Positions 35,815-46,144 of a stretch of DNA of 64,000 bases are shown in pieces (position 1 is the stretch's first letter; each line of letters begins with the position of its first letter). Source of the stretch: an uncultured Planctomycetia bacterium (lineage in GTDB: Bacteria; Omnitrophota; Gorgyraeia; Velamenicoccales; Velamenicoccaceae); assembly GCA_964471325.1 (NCBI GenBank), contig CAYYFL010000008.1, positions 20,879 to 84,878 of the forward strand, in the 5' to 3' direction. Under the pieces are notes generated by a model. The model ran no database searches and was not told where the DNA came from. It saw only the letters and a program-made list of their open reading frames with translations. The position numbers and the translations under genes are program-made.

Positions 35815-38348
35815 TCAAAACCCAAACCCTTGAGTCGTTCTTTGAAGAAGGCAGGTCTTTCACAGACCTTCTGCCTTATTACACTCATGAAAACGGCTTG
35901 TTTGTTCTCAAAGACGGCAGCATGGGCCAGATCTGGGAGATTTCGCTGATTGAAAGCGAGACGAAATCCGCAGACCACCTGGAGGAGTTATCCCGGTCCC
36001 TGGAAGGGATTCTCCTGAGGCTGCCTGAAGATATGGTCAGCTGCCAGTTCATCCTGGTTTGCGATGAGGATTTCAACGACAGGATAGAAACTTATCAAAA
36101 CAATGGAGGGCCTTTTGACAACGAGATCATCAAGAGCTGCAGTCAAAGCAAGATAAAACACCTCAAGGAGGGAAAGGACGGTTTTTTTGAGCAGGCAGCC
36201 GGCAGCTATTGCTCCAAAAACATACGTTGTTTTTTCACCTTGCGGTATTTTCCGTCATGGGTCTATCCGGCCTTCGGCGATAAGGTCCATTTTTATTTCA
36301 CAGGCAAAGATACGATCGGAAAAAAGATCGAAGAGGATTTCCTGGTCTACTGCCAGACCATTGCCCGCTTCTGTGAAGTCGTAGAGGGGGTCTTTAAGGC
36401 CTGTGAGATCAGCTATCAGAAGGTAGATGAAAGGCAATTGCACAAGCTTCTCTACAAGATGCTTAATCCGAAACGCAGCCAAGGCACGGGCATTCCTGCG
36501 TTAAGAGAAGATGAATATATGTATGATCAGCTTTTGTACAATGCACCACGCGTTTACGGGGAAGGGTTCGAATTCGAAGACAGGCGTTATCAGGTTGTGA
36601 CCTTGAAGGAGCTGCCTTTGGCTACGGAACCAGGCATGTTCAGCGCTGAAGTCGTCCGCGGAACGCGCTTTTCCCTGTTGGATATGCTTAAAGATTTCAT
36701 CATGGTGGTCAATTTCCATATCCCGAAACAGGAGGAAGCCATAAAAAGGATCAAGATGCAGAAGGCTTTTGCCTTCCTGCAGCGCTCCACGTATTTCGGA
36801 GATAAGTCCATTGAGGCCCTGGAGAAAAAGGAAGAACTGGATTCCGTAGTCAAGGAAACCTTCACCTCAGGCCATAAGATCATCTATCCCAGGATCCATT
36901 TCATCATCTCAGGGGAAACCCAGGAGTCTTGCGACAATCTGACAGCCAACATGCTGAACGCCCTCTCGCGCATGGGCGCTGAAGGCTTAAAAGAAGAGAT
37001 TATCGGTGCGTCGCTGTTTTTATCGTGCCTGCCTTTGTGTTTTGACCATCATTACGAGCGGTTCATCAAGCGCACCAGGCGCATGGTTTCAAGCAATCTT
37101 AGCGACATGCTTCCCTTGTACGGCTCAGTCCGAGGGACCCAGACGCCAGCCCAGCTGTATCTGAACAGAAGGGGCGAGCCTGTATTCTGGGATTTTTTTG
37201 ATTCCAACACAAACCCGCATACAATCGTGATCGGCGCCTCAGGCTCAGGCAAGAGTTTCTTCGTGAATGACTTCATCCTGCAGAATGCGCGGCTGGATTC
37301 GCATTTCTTTGTCCTGGACAAGGGAGATTCCTACAAGAAGCTCTGCTCAGTTTTAGGGGGCCAGTACATAAGGTTTGAGTTGAATGACCCCGTAACCATC
37401 AATCCTTTTTTAAAAATGCCGGATGCAGAGCACCTGGCTTTTTTGGTGACCATGTTATCCCAAATGTGCTCAGGCGGCGATGAACGCGAAAGGCTCCTGC
37501 GCGAGCACGAAGGCGTGCTTCAGCAGGCGATACTCGCTGCCTATAAGGACAGGAAAGCCAAGGACGAGGAACTGGTTCTGTCAGACGTGGTTGAGAAGCT
37601 TAAAAGCCACAGCTGCAACAGGAAGCTCGGGGTTGGCGAAAGCATTGGCATAAAGCTTGCTTTGAAGCTCAGGTCTTTTACCAAGGAAGGGCCTTTTGGC
37701 AAATTCTTCGACGGGAAAAATCAGTTCAGCCTTGGCGCCAAGTTCACTGTCTTTGAGCTGGGGAATCTAAGTGCTCATCCTGACCTGCAGGTGGTGGTCC
37801 TCTTAAACATCATGTATTTCATCACTCATTTTGTCTCGCAGCCCGAAATGAGGCCTAAACGGAAATTCCTTTTGATTGATGAGGCCTGGAGTCTCTTGAA
37901 ACTTCAGAATACGGCGGAATTCATCACCAATTCGTTTAAGACGTACCGCAAATACCGCTGTTCCTGCTGCGCCATAACGCAGGAGATCACTGACTTAATA
38001 GGAAAAGAGTGCGGCATCGCCATCCAGGCCAATGCAGCCAACAAAGTGTTTTTAAAACAGGAGCCCAATGTCATCGACTCCTTAAAAGGTTTTGCATCGT
38101 TGTCTGAAAAAGAGATCGAACTCCTGAAGTCTGTCGAGACCCAGAAAGGGAGATTCTCGGAAGCCCTCATAGTCTCGGATTCATCCCGCGGCGTCATCCG
38201 CCTCGTGCCGGATCCTTTCCTTTACTGGCTGGCAACAAGCGATGCCAAGGACAACGGATACTTGGAGGACAAATTGCAGAAGTTTGGCGACAGGTATTTG
38301 GAGGCGCTTTCAGAATGCGCCGAGGAGAAACCTTATGGTCTACGCTAA
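35811..38348 (+). CDS. traC: TraC/VirB4-family T4SS ATPase
   Basis: Walker A IVIGASGSGKSFF, Walker B KFLLIDEAWSLL. 845 aa, as for F TraC. Confidence 0.9.
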   Translation: MIKTQTLESFFEEGRSFTDLLPYYTHENGLFVLKDGSMGQIWEISLIESETKSADHLEELSRSLEGILLRLPEDMVSCQFILVCDEDFNDRIETYQNNGGPFDNEIIKSCSQSKIKHLKEGKDGFFEQAAGSYCSKNIRCFFTLRYFPSWVYPAFGDKVHFYFTGKDTIGKKIEEDFLVYCQTIARFCEVVEGVFKACEISYQKVDERQLHKLLYKMLNPKRSQGTGIPALREDEYMYDQLLYNAPRVYGEGFEFEDRRYQVVTLKELPLATEPGMFSAEVVRGTRFSLLDMLKDFIMVVNFHIPKQEEAIKRIKMQKAFAFLQRSTYFGDKSIEALEKKEELDSVVKETFTSGHKIIYPRIHFIISGETQESCDNLTANMLNALSRMGAEGLKEEIIGASLFLSCLPLCFDHHYERFIKRTRRMVSSNLSDMLPLYGSVRGTQTPAQLYLNRRGEPVFWDFFDSNTNPHTIVIGASGSGKSFFVNDFILQNARLDSHFFVLDKGDSYKKLCSVLGGQYIRFELNDPVTINPFLKMPDAEHLAFLVTMLSQMCSGGDERERLLREHEGVLQQAILAAYKDRKAKDEELVLSDVVEKLKSHSCNRKLGVGESIGIKLALKLRSFTKEGPFGKFFDGKNQFSLGAKFTVFELGNLSAHPDLQVVVLLNIMYFITHFVSQPEMRPKRKFLLIDEAWSLLKLQNTAEFITNSFKTYRKYRCSCCAITQEITDLIGKECGIAIQANAANKVFLKQEPNVIDSLKGFASLSEKEIELLKSVETQKGRFSEALIVSDSSRGVIRLVPDPFLYWLATSDAKDNGYLEDKLQKFGDRYLEALSECAEEKPYGLR

Positions 38349-38787
38349 AAGATTTGCAGTTCTATTTTCCATCTTATGGCTGGCCGGTTGTTGCTCTTTG
38401 GGTCCAGCGGTAAAGAAGAGAAACGACTATGAACAGGGCTACAGGCAAGGAGTCCATGAGAATATCCATGATTTTGCCCAGAGTTTCTATGGCAACGAGT
38501 TTCCTTATTTTTACTGGCAGAGCCCTGTTGTCCAGAATGTGAATATCCCGGCTCATATTGAGAACGGGTTATTCATTCCTGAGCATAATGAGCCGGTCAT
38601 GATTGAGCCTGGTGCATGGAGAAAGAGATTCGGCTACCCGATTAGGGTTGCGAAGAATAAGCCGGACAAAACAGAAGGAGAGGATTATGCGCTCAAGTAT
38701 TTTGATTTTGATAGCAGGGATATTACTGTGTTTCCCGAATCCTACGCAGGCGATAAACCAGGAAACGAAAACAAAGATTCTCGCTAG
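38335..38787 (+). CDS. lipoprotein upstream of secretin (PilM-position; possible pilotin)
   Basis: MVYAKRFAVLFSILWLAGC lipobox. GAGGAG RBS. The 3' 101 nt overlap the secretin ORF in another frame. Confidence 0.45.
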   Translation: MVYAKRFAVLFSILWLAGCCSLGPAVKKRNDYEQGYRQGVHENIHDFAQSFYGNEFPYFYWQSPVVQNVNIPAHIENGLFIPEHNEPVMIEPGAWRKRFGYPIRVAKNKPDKTEGEDYALKYFDFDSRDITVFPESYAGDKPGNENKDSR

Positions 38788-40234
38788 CGAGTGGCAGACA
38801 GCAGCAAAGCCGGAAGCCGGAACCACCGGAGATAAGCTGATTCCTGCGGCCGCAACCGAGGTCAAAAAAGATACGAAACCAGCTGAATTGCCGCCGGCGT
38901 TCTCAAAGAAAATCACCCTGAGAGCAAATGGCGTCAACATAAGGACGATCTTGGGCAAGTTAGGCGAATTGACGGGATTGAGTGTGGTTTATGACCCGGA
39001 ATTCAACTCGGATGCGGTCGTGGCCCTGGATGCTTTGGATACGCCAATGGGGCAGGTGTTGGCAGACATCCTTTTCCCCTTATCGAGCAGCTTCAAGGTT
39101 AAAGATAAGAGCCTGGTCGTCGTCGCCCGCGAAACCCGTGTCTTTAAGCTGAGTCTTCCGCCGTCAAGCCAGGATTTCAGCGATATGGTGAGTAACGAAT
39201 CATGGACGAATCCGCAAGGCAATACCTCGAACAACACCGGAACCCTGTCCGGCTCCACATCCAATATGAGCGTCAAAGTAGGCGCGAGGGTCTTTGTGGA
39301 AACCAAAGAGGACAATATCTCTTTCTGGAAGGATATAGAGACCAACCTCTCGAAGATGATTTCCGCAAGGGGGAAGTACTCCTTTAATAAGCCTGCGGGT
39401 CTGGTCATGGTTTCGGATAATCCGATATGTCTTGATAAGATCAGTCGTTACATCGACCTGGTCAATGCCGAAAGCAATAAGCAGATCCTGATCGAAGTCA
39501 AAGTCCTGGAAGTCAGCCTGTCCAGACAGAATGCCGGAGGCATAGACTGGAACGCCATCTATAAGAATCTGGCAGGGATAAAAAAGATAACGTTGAGTTC
39601 AGATTTCGCAGCTCAAAACATCGCATCTGGCAGCCTTTTTACTTTGAGCGCAACCGGTCCCAAGGATGATTCAGGAACCGGATCAAGTGGCTTAAGCGTA
39701 CTTATCCAGGCGCTTGAAACCCAGGGGAAGGTTGAGGTGATCTCACAGCCCAAGGTCATGCTTTTGAACAACCAGTCTGCTATGGTCCAAGTCGGGACCG
39801 TGACAAGCTATGTTTCAAACACAACGACCACAGCGACACAGGCGGGTCTGGTTGCAACGAGCGCCAACACAGACCAGGTGCAGGAAGGTGTGACTTTGAG
39901 GCTCATGGCCAGCATCTTGCACGATGAGATCCTTGTGCAGCTGACGCCGGTGGTGACGACCTTGGATACGATCAGAAGCATCAGCATGGGAGGCGGCGTT
40001 ACCATTGAAGCGCCCAAGACTTCAACCCGTTCCATGCATACGCTTGTCAAAATCAAGGACGGCCAGACCATCGCAGTCGGCGGCCTGATCACCTCCAATG
40101 ACACCAAGACCAGGCAAGGCATACCTGTCTTAAGCGAGCTGCCGTTCTTAGGAAGGCTTTTCGAATTCAAAAATAAATCCTTAAACAGAACCGAACTGGT
40201 CATTTTCATAACACCTAAAATACTGCCAAGATGA
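38687..40234 (+). CDS. secretin (GspD/PilQ superfamily; R64 PilN-position)
   Basis: Signal peptide MRSSILILIAGILLCFPNPTQA. C-terminal secretin signature VGGLITSNDTKTRQGIPVLSELPFLGRLFEFKNKSLNRTELVIFITPKIL. Confidence 0.85.
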   Translation: MRSSILILIAGILLCFPNPTQAINQETKTKILASEWQTAAKPEAGTTGDKLIPAAATEVKKDTKPAELPPAFSKKITLRANGVNIRTILGKLGELTGLSVVYDPEFNSDAVVALDALDTPMGQVLADILFPLSSSFKVKDKSLVVVARETRVFKLSLPPSSQDFSDMVSNESWTNPQGNTSNNTGTLSGSTSNMSVKVGARVFVETKEDNISFWKDIETNLSKMISARGKYSFNKPAGLVMVSDNPICLDKISRYIDLVNAESNKQILIEVKVLEVSLSRQNAGGIDWNAIYKNLAGIKKITLSSDFAAQNIASGSLFTLSATGPKDDSGTGSSGLSVLIQALETQGKVEVISQPKVMLLNNQSAMVQVGTVTSYVSNTTTTATQAGLVATSANTDQVQEGVTLRLMASILHDEILVQLTPVVTTLDTIRSISMGGGVTIEAPKTSTRSMHTLVKIKDGQTIAVGGLITSNDTKTRQGIPVLSELPFLGRLFEFKNKSLNRTELVIFITPKILPR

Positions 40235-41409
40235 ACTACCTTATTTTCGATTCCGATATCTACTACGAGACAAAAGAAAAGTCCGGAAGGATATCCAGGC
40301 AGGAAGCCGTGATGATTGTCGCAGGCCCGGACAAGGACGTCTCCGTTGCCGTCATCGATACCATCCAGAAACACCTGGCCGCGCCCCAGAAGGACGCCTT
40401 CAGCCGCGACCAGTTGATAGCCGAAAGCTTTAACTCCGAATACGTCACGCAGTCAGAGCAAATAGCGGCCAATCTCTTCCAGGTGATTGCCATAGAGCGC
40501 GCCAAAGTCGTGGAGATCTATAAATGCTTCGGGTTTGAAAACGTACGGCGCCTGGTTCCTTATGCCGTGGCCTTGAGGGAATTCCTGAAGATCAACAATC
40601 TCTTGGATGCTAAAAAACGGATCGTTTTCCTGGATTATCTGAATCCCATAGTGCTTTTGACGATTTTCCACCAAGACACGTTCACCACGCCCCGTAGGCT
40701 GGCCTTGAACAACCGCATCCCAACAGAAATCACCCGCAGTCAGGAGAACTACAAGAACGTCAATAAAGACGCAAACGGCATCGATTTTTTGATCATTACC
40801 AATTCAAAGGATATCAAGGACAAGATTACTGCCAGCGGCCTTGAGGCCGATGAAAATATCGCCCTGGTCAAGGATCCTTATCCGGCCTTGACAGGCCTTA
40901 AGGAAGGCTCGTTCAGCATACACTATCTCCTGCCTGAGCAGTTCATTCGCTTAAGGCGGCTAAAAGAGATGAAAAAGCGTTTCTTGAACCTTGGGATTAT
41001 GGCCGCAATTTTTAGCGTATTTTTGGCCGCATTTGCGTTTTCTTTTGGCATCAATAAGGACAGGAAGCTTGCCTTGAGGGATTTGCGGCTTAAAAAGCGA
41101 TTCGAAAGCGAAAAGCTAAAACAGGGTTATGCGGCAAAATACAGAGACATCGTAAGACGTGAAGCAGGGCTCAATTTCGACGATTACCTTGAGTCTTTTA
41201 TCAATGCGGTGCCTAATGAATACAAAATAGAGTCCATGGTCGTAAGGAAGATAACATCCGGGGCTTTTCGGTTTGAGGCGGTCTTGTTGACAGACGTTGA
41301 TAAGACATCTCCTGTCTTGGCTCTACCGCGGGTTTTCAGGCAGGCCAATACAGAGAATGTTCTGGTCAAAGGCAATCCCGGGGTTCGCGTGACGTTGGAT
41401 ATTTCCTAA
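40231..41409 (+). CDS. pilus-assembly protein (R64 PilO-position; PilM/PilN-like, bitopic)
   Basis: A cytoplasmic ~250-aa domain, one TM (LGIMAAIFSVFLAAFAFSF) and a periplasmic tail. Assignment is by position between the secretin and the ATPase. Confidence 0.4.
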   Translation: MNYLIFDSDIYYETKEKSGRISRQEAVMIVAGPDKDVSVAVIDTIQKHLAAPQKDAFSRDQLIAESFNSEYVTQSEQIAANLFQVIAIERAKVVEIYKCFGFENVRRLVPYAVALREFLKINNLLDAKKRIVFLDYLNPIVLLTIFHQDTFTTPRRLALNNRIPTEITRSQENYKNVNKDANGIDFLIITNSKDIKDKITASGLEADENIALVKDPYPALTGLKEGSFSIHYLLPEQFIRLRRLKEMKKRFLNLGIMAAIFSVFLAAFAFSFGINKDRKLALRDLRLKKRFESEKLKQGYAAKYRDIVRREAGLNFDDYLESFINAVPNEYKIESMVVRKITSGAFRFEAVLLTDVDKTSPVLALPRVFRQANTENVLVKGNPGVRVTLDIS

Positions 41410-41428
41410 GCGGAAGGAGGTGGAACCG

Positions 41429-41656
41429 ATGTCGATTTTTTACGGAAAACTCAGCCGCAGAGTAGGCAAGGAGGGGAAGGAATACTTTGTGGGCCGGGCA
41501 GGCGGCATTCCCATCAGGGCAGCCTGGGGAAAAAAGAAGGAAGACGACATCTGCATATTTTTGGATGTCGACAGGATCAATTTCCTGGCAAAGGGGGAGA
41601 AGGCAAACGGCGCCGGCGCAGAGGCAACTGCCGGAGAAGAGGAAAATCAGGCGTAG
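41429..41656 (+). CDS. hypothetical protein (75 aa)
   Basis: GGAAGGAGG lies 8 nt before ATG 41429. No family recognised. Confidence 0.3.
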   Translation: MSIFYGKLSRRVGKEGKEYFVGRAGGIPIRAAWGKKKEDDICIFLDVDRINFLAKGEKANGAGAEATAGEEENQA

Positions 41657-41729
41657 CGATCAATCAAAGAGCTCATCCGGTGCATTTAGGGCCGGATGAG
41701 CTTGGAGATTTTTTAAGAAAATAAATCCC

Positions 41730-42215
41730 ATGAAAACCATCACATTTCTTTTTGCAGCGGCAATTCTGGTTTTATCCATAAAAATATGGGGCCTTAACCA
41801 GGATACGAGCTTACTTAATAGCCGGCTGAATAAAACCCGGGAAGAGATCAATGCGATCATCCTGAAAGAAAAAGGGCTCGCCGTCTATAAGAACGAGGCG
41901 GCTTTGCCTTTGGATCAATACTATCTGCAAGTTTACAACGACATCAAGGAAATAGCCGCCTATTACAATGAGGCCTGCGAGGTCAAGATCGCCGGAGCCA
42001 AGGACTTGACGGCTCTAAAGGATCTTTTTAAGCCGTCTGTCTATGAAGGGATAAAATACTTCGACATTCTCTGTCGGTTCAGTTTAAACGAAAGAACAGG
42101 GGGTTCTTTATTGCGTATGTTTTGTAGCTTAGGCCAGGCCGGCCCGATGGAGATTCTGGAAGTTTATTTGGAAAAAAATACCGTTGTCCTGATCATGCGC
42201 CTGTATGGGACTTGA
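41730..42215 (+). CDS. bitopic pilus-assembly protein (PilO/PilP-position)
   Basis: N-terminal TM FLFAAAILVLSIKIW followed by a coiled segment. Assigned by position only. Confidence 0.35.
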   Translation: MKTITFLFAAAILVLSIKIWGLNQDTSLLNSRLNKTREEINAIILKEKGLAVYKNEAALPLDQYYLQVYNDIKEIAAYYNEACEVKIAGAKDLTALKDLFKPSVYEGIKYFDILCRFSLNERTGGSLLRMFCSLGQAGPMEILEVYLEKNTVVLIMRLYGT

Positions 42216-42234
42216 GAAAAAGGAGGATGCCCGC

Positions 42235-42855
42235 ATGAGAAAATTTTTGACATTATCTCTGATTTTCATCTTCAGCATGGCTCCAAGGTTTGTCTGGGCC
42301 GGCGATGACAACCTTTTGGCTGTGGATATCCCAGGTCAGAAGAAGCAAGGTCCTGGTCAGGAAAACAAAGTCCTTCCGACAGAGCGGCCCCCCGAGAATA
42401 GCGCGCCTGTCATTTCGGGGCAGGGGGATGAATTCGCTAAGGATCTTGAAAAAATAAAGGCTTTCCAGGAAGCGATGAATGACAGACGCCGTGCCATAGA
42501 AATGATTCGGCTCGACCTTGAGAAAGAGAGTCTGATTTTAAAGGAAAAGCAGGCGCAGAAGCAAATATATGATATCGACAACAGCCTGCCCTTGGCCAAA
42601 AAAGAGGAGCTCCAGAAAAACGCGTTGTCAGACGGGCTCAGAGCTCCTCTGGCCGATCCTGCGGACGTCAGGCTCGCGATGCTTTTGATCTCCGGAGACC
42701 TCAAGGAAGGGATCCTTACCATTAAAAACACGGCCTATCCGTTCAAAGAGGGCGACTGTGTCGCCTCTAAGCTGACTGTTTCAAAGATAACGCAGGATGC
42801 GGTTACTTTCAAACAGGCGGATCAAACAGAATTTACGCTGGATTTCATGGATTAA
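42235..42855 (+). CDS. secreted PilP/GspC-like pilus-assembly protein
   Basis: Signal peptide. The C-terminal beta-domain GILTIKNTAYPFKEGDCVASKLTVSKITQDAVTF resembles PilP / GspC-HR domains. AAGGAGGA RBS. Confidence 0.4.
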   Translation: MRKFLTLSLIFIFSMAPRFVWAGDDNLLAVDIPGQKKQGPGQENKVLPTERPPENSAPVISGQGDEFAKDLEKIKAFQEAMNDRRRAIEMIRLDLEKESLILKEKQAQKQIYDIDNSLPLAKKEELQKNALSDGLRAPLADPADVRLAMLLISGDLKEGILTIKNTAYPFKEGDCVASKLTVSKITQDAVTFKQADQTEFTLDFMD

Positions 42856-42858
42856 AAT

Positions 42859-44499
42859 ATGGCCATAGAAAAGATCGGCGACATCCTCCTTCAAGCCCAC
42901 AGCGTGACAAAAGAAGAGCTGGACTATTGTCTTGCGATCCAGAAGGGCCAAAAGATCGATGAGAAGATAGGCAGGATCTTAAAGTATTTTCACTTTGCAA
43001 CGGACGAAGAGATCGCTCGTGCCTTGGCACAGCAGGTGGGGTGGAAGTATTTCGACAAAAAATACACGATTGATCTTGAGACGATCGACGGGATAGGCTT
43101 TGACTTTTTTAAGGAAGAGACGTTTGTCCCTGTGAGGACTGAGCAGGGGCTGGCGTTTGTCTTTGCGCATCCTTTTGCCGTCGCGGCCACGGATTGTTTG
43201 TCGAAATACGGCTTAAGCGACAAAGACTGCTACGTCGGCAGCGAAGATCAGGTCTGTTATCACCTGGATTGTCTTTCCAACCGCAAAAGGGCGGCCGAGA
43301 TAGAAAAAAAGATAGGCCTTATTAAAGAGCAGGGCCTTATTGGTAACGAGCTCAAGGAATTGGCGGACTCGCTTTTGGATGAAGCGATCATCCAGGCTGC
43401 AAGCGACATCCACATCGAGCCTGAGGAAAAGATAAGCACGGTGCGTTTCAGGATCGACGGGATGCTTTATTTTCGACTGGCGATCCGGCCCGATGTACAC
43501 AATAATCTTGTCAACATTATATTCAGCAAGGCGGATATCACGGTCAGCGATTTTTTGAAGTTCCACGATGCCAGGTTCCAGCACAATTATTCAAACCACG
43601 CGGTTGATGTCAGGGTTTCCTGTATCCCATCGTCTCACGGCCCGGCCCTGGTGCTTCGCCTCTTGGACGTCAACAGGTCCCTCATCAGTCTGGAGCAACT
43701 GGGATTTGACAGGGCGCATTTTGACTGCATACGCCGCATTGCGCAGAAGCCCCACGGCATCATCATCATGGCTGGTCCCACAGGTTCAGGCAAGACGACG
43801 ACGCTTTATGCCATCTTAAATGAGCTTAAGTCCATCTCAACGAAAGTAATCACGATCGAGGACCCCGTGGAGATAAAGATGCCGCTTGCCAACCAGGTCC
43901 AGATCAACGAGAAGCAGGGTATCACGTTCGCTCATGCGACCCGGGCTTTTTTAAGGCATGACCCGAATATCATCCTGATCGGAGAGATCCGGGATAAGGA
44001 CACGGCTCAAGAAGCCATCCGCGCTGCCATGACAGGCCACAGGGTGCTTTCAACCTTGCACACAAACACGGCCGTTGATTCTGTCTACAGGCTCCATGAT
44101 CTTGGGGTTGATCTAGCCTATATCTCAAACAGCATCCTGGCTGTTATCTCGCAAAGGCTGATCAGGAAGCTGTGTCCGTTCTGCAAAAAAAGAGTCACGG
44201 TCAAGAAAGAGAAGTGGCCTGGATTCTTTAAGGAACAATTCAAGGAAGACAAAAGTGAAATACGTGCCTACAAAGCCGTCGGATGCGACCATTGCCAGGG
44301 TGGTTACAAAGGCCGCACTGTTATTGCCGAGATCCTGGAATTTGATCCTGAGATTAAAAGTAGAGTCGCCTCGGGACGACTCGAGTCGCTTTATGACAAA
44401 GAGAGGGAAAAGACGCGTCTTAACCTCAGACAGGACGCCGCCAGGCTTATTCTTTGCGGTGTCACTTCGTTTGAGGAAGCAGAAAGGATCATCGGATAG
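42859..44499 (+). CDS. type IV pilus / T2SS assembly ATPase (GspE/PilB family; R64 PilQ-position)
   Basis: N-terminal T2SSE_N-type domain. Walker A GPTGSGKTTT, Asp box, His box GHRVLSTLHTN, and a tetra-Cys motif CPFC...CDHC. Confidence 0.9.
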   Translation: MAIEKIGDILLQAHSVTKEELDYCLAIQKGQKIDEKIGRILKYFHFATDEEIARALAQQVGWKYFDKKYTIDLETIDGIGFDFFKEETFVPVRTEQGLAFVFAHPFAVAATDCLSKYGLSDKDCYVGSEDQVCYHLDCLSNRKRAAEIEKKIGLIKEQGLIGNELKELADSLLDEAIIQAASDIHIEPEEKISTVRFRIDGMLYFRLAIRPDVHNNLVNIIFSKADITVSDFLKFHDARFQHNYSNHAVDVRVSCIPSSHGPALVLRLLDVNRSLISLEQLGFDRAHFDCIRRIAQKPHGIIIMAGPTGSGKTTTLYAILNELKSISTKVITIEDPVEIKMPLANQVQINEKQGITFAHATRAFLRHDPNIILIGEIRDKDTAQEAIRAAMTGHRVLSTLHTNTAVDSVYRLHDLGVDLAYISNSILAVISQRLIRKLCPFCKKRVTVKKEKWPGFFKEQFKEDKSEIRAYKAVGCDHCQGGYKGRTVIAEILEFDPEIKSRVASGRLESLYDKEREKTRLNLRQDAARLILCGVTSFEEAERIIG

Positions 44500-45705
44500 A
44501 TGCATTACAGATACAACGTTCTTTCACGGACCGGCAATGAGATAAGCGGCGTCGAGCAGGGCTCTTATCAGGCGATCAGGGACAAACTAAAAGACAATAA
44601 TTTTCACATTCTGTCCCTGGAGCCCGACCTTGTTAAGTCTATCGAATTTTACCTGAAAAGAAAGAGGGTCAGGGTCCAGGCCTTGGCGGAACTTTTTGAA
44701 GACCTTTCCAACATCTTGGAGAGCGGCCTGAGCATGAACGAGGCCATTATGACGCTTGAAGAATCCAGCGTTGAACCGGTCTTAAAGCACGCTCTTTCGC
44801 AGATCAACGACAGCCTTGCCACGGGCATTTCATTGGCTGAGGCTTTTAGCCGCACAGAAGTCTTCCCCTGGCAGGTTCTCAATATGGTCCGGGTCGGCGA
44901 GAAATCCGGAGGTCTTGAGCGGGTATTCAGGGATCTGGCAGGGTATTATTCCAGGGAGGCGGACTTTTTACGCAGTTTAAAAGGCGCCCTGGTTTATCCG
45001 GCGGTCGTGCTCTTTCTGCTTGTCGCGGTTATGTTTTACGTTTCTTTCCAGGTGATCCCACATCTGGAATCGCTCCTGCCGTTAAAGGAGAATGCCTATT
45101 TTTTCACGCGTCTGCTTTTGTCTTTGAGCCATGGCCTGAGGGATTATTGGTTTATGTATCTGGTTATTCCTGTTGCCTTGGTTTTTCTTTATTCAAAGCT
45201 CAAGATAAGCCAGGTAGAGCGTATAAGGGATTTTTACTACAGGATCCCCGTCTTAGGCCCTTTGATAAAGGACGTGGCTTTCAGCTTTTTGTTTTCCAAC
45301 CTTGCGATCCTGCAAAGAAACGGCATCAGCGTCATCGAGGCCCTTTCCCTGGTCCGCGAGACGGCCTTTGACAAGTTCTTTGCCGGCAAGATCGCCAAGG
45401 TCAAGGACGCCGTCGTCAGCGGGTTGAGCCTGTGGCAGGCTTTAAAACACGATGCATTTTTCCCGAAGTCTGTCTACTCAAGCATCAGAAAAGGCGAGGA
45501 GATGGGCAACCTTGACAGATACCTGCAGAGCCTGGCGGATTCGTATTTCAAGAAGGTGACCAGGAAGATCGATGCGCTTCTGGGTTTTATCCAGCCGGCA
45601 TTTTTGATGCTTTGCGGGATTCTTCTGTTATTCATCGTCTCGGCGTTTGTCATACCTGTCTACAGCAATCTTTCGAATATCGCAGGCGGGAACGTCAAAT
45701 TCTAA
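44500..45705 (+). CDS. type IV pilus platform protein (GspF/PilC family; R64 PilR-position)
   Basis: Two repeated T2SSF-type domains with three TM helices. Starts directly after the ATPase stop. Confidence 0.9.
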   Translation: MHYRYNVLSRTGNEISGVEQGSYQAIRDKLKDNNFHILSLEPDLVKSIEFYLKRKRVRVQALAELFEDLSNILESGLSMNEAIMTLEESSVEPVLKHALSQINDSLATGISLAEAFSRTEVFPWQVLNMVRVGEKSGGLERVFRDLAGYYSREADFLRSLKGALVYPAVVLFLLVAVMFYVSFQVIPHLESLLPLKENAYFFTRLLLSLSHGLRDYWFMYLVIPVALVFLYSKLKISQVERIRDFYYRIPVLGPLIKDVAFSFLFSNLAILQRNGISVIEALSLVRETAFDKFFAGKIAKVKDAVVSGLSLWQALKHDAFFPKSVYSSIRKGEEMGNLDRYLQSLADSYFKKVTRKIDALLGFIQPAFLMLCGILLLFIVSAFVIPVYSNLSNIAGGNVKF

Positions 45706-45718
45706 AAGGAGGTGGACA

Positions 45719-46144
45719 ATGAGGAACAAGAAGGGTTTTACGTTGATCGAACTGGTCCTGGTCATCAGTATCATCGCGCTTCTCATCATGGCCGTGGGTC
45801 TGGCTTCAGGTGTCAGGGAAAACGCCAAGATCCACTCAGCCGCGGAGTCCGTCAAGTCTTTAAGGACTGCTGCGGAAAGCTACATTGCTTCAGGCAAGAT
45901 AACGTATGAGGGGATTGCAGTTTCCGAACTAAAGACTGCCGGCTACTTACCCGAGAGTTTTTCGGAGACAGGATCAAATCCGTGGGGAGGGGATTACGCG
46001 GTCGTACCGGACACAGACCCCAGCAAGGTGGATATCTCCTTAACACAGGTCAGTACTTCCGGCGCAGCACGGCTTTCAGCCTTGTTTGCCAACAGCGCGA
46101 CAGCAACGAGCTATTCATCCGGAACATGGACTGCGACATTCTGA
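45719..46144 (+). CDS. type IV (pseudo)pilin with class III signal peptide
   Basis: MRNKKGFTLIELVLVISIIALL: prepilin cleavage/methylation motif G|FTLIE. AAAGGAGG RBS. Confidence 0.85.
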   Translation: MRNKKGFTLIELVLVISIIALLIMAVGLASGVRENAKIHSAAESVKSLRTAAESYIASGKITYEGIAVSELKTAGYLPESFSETGSNPWGGDYAVVPDTDPSKVDISLTQVSTSGAARLSALFANSATATSYSSGTWTATF

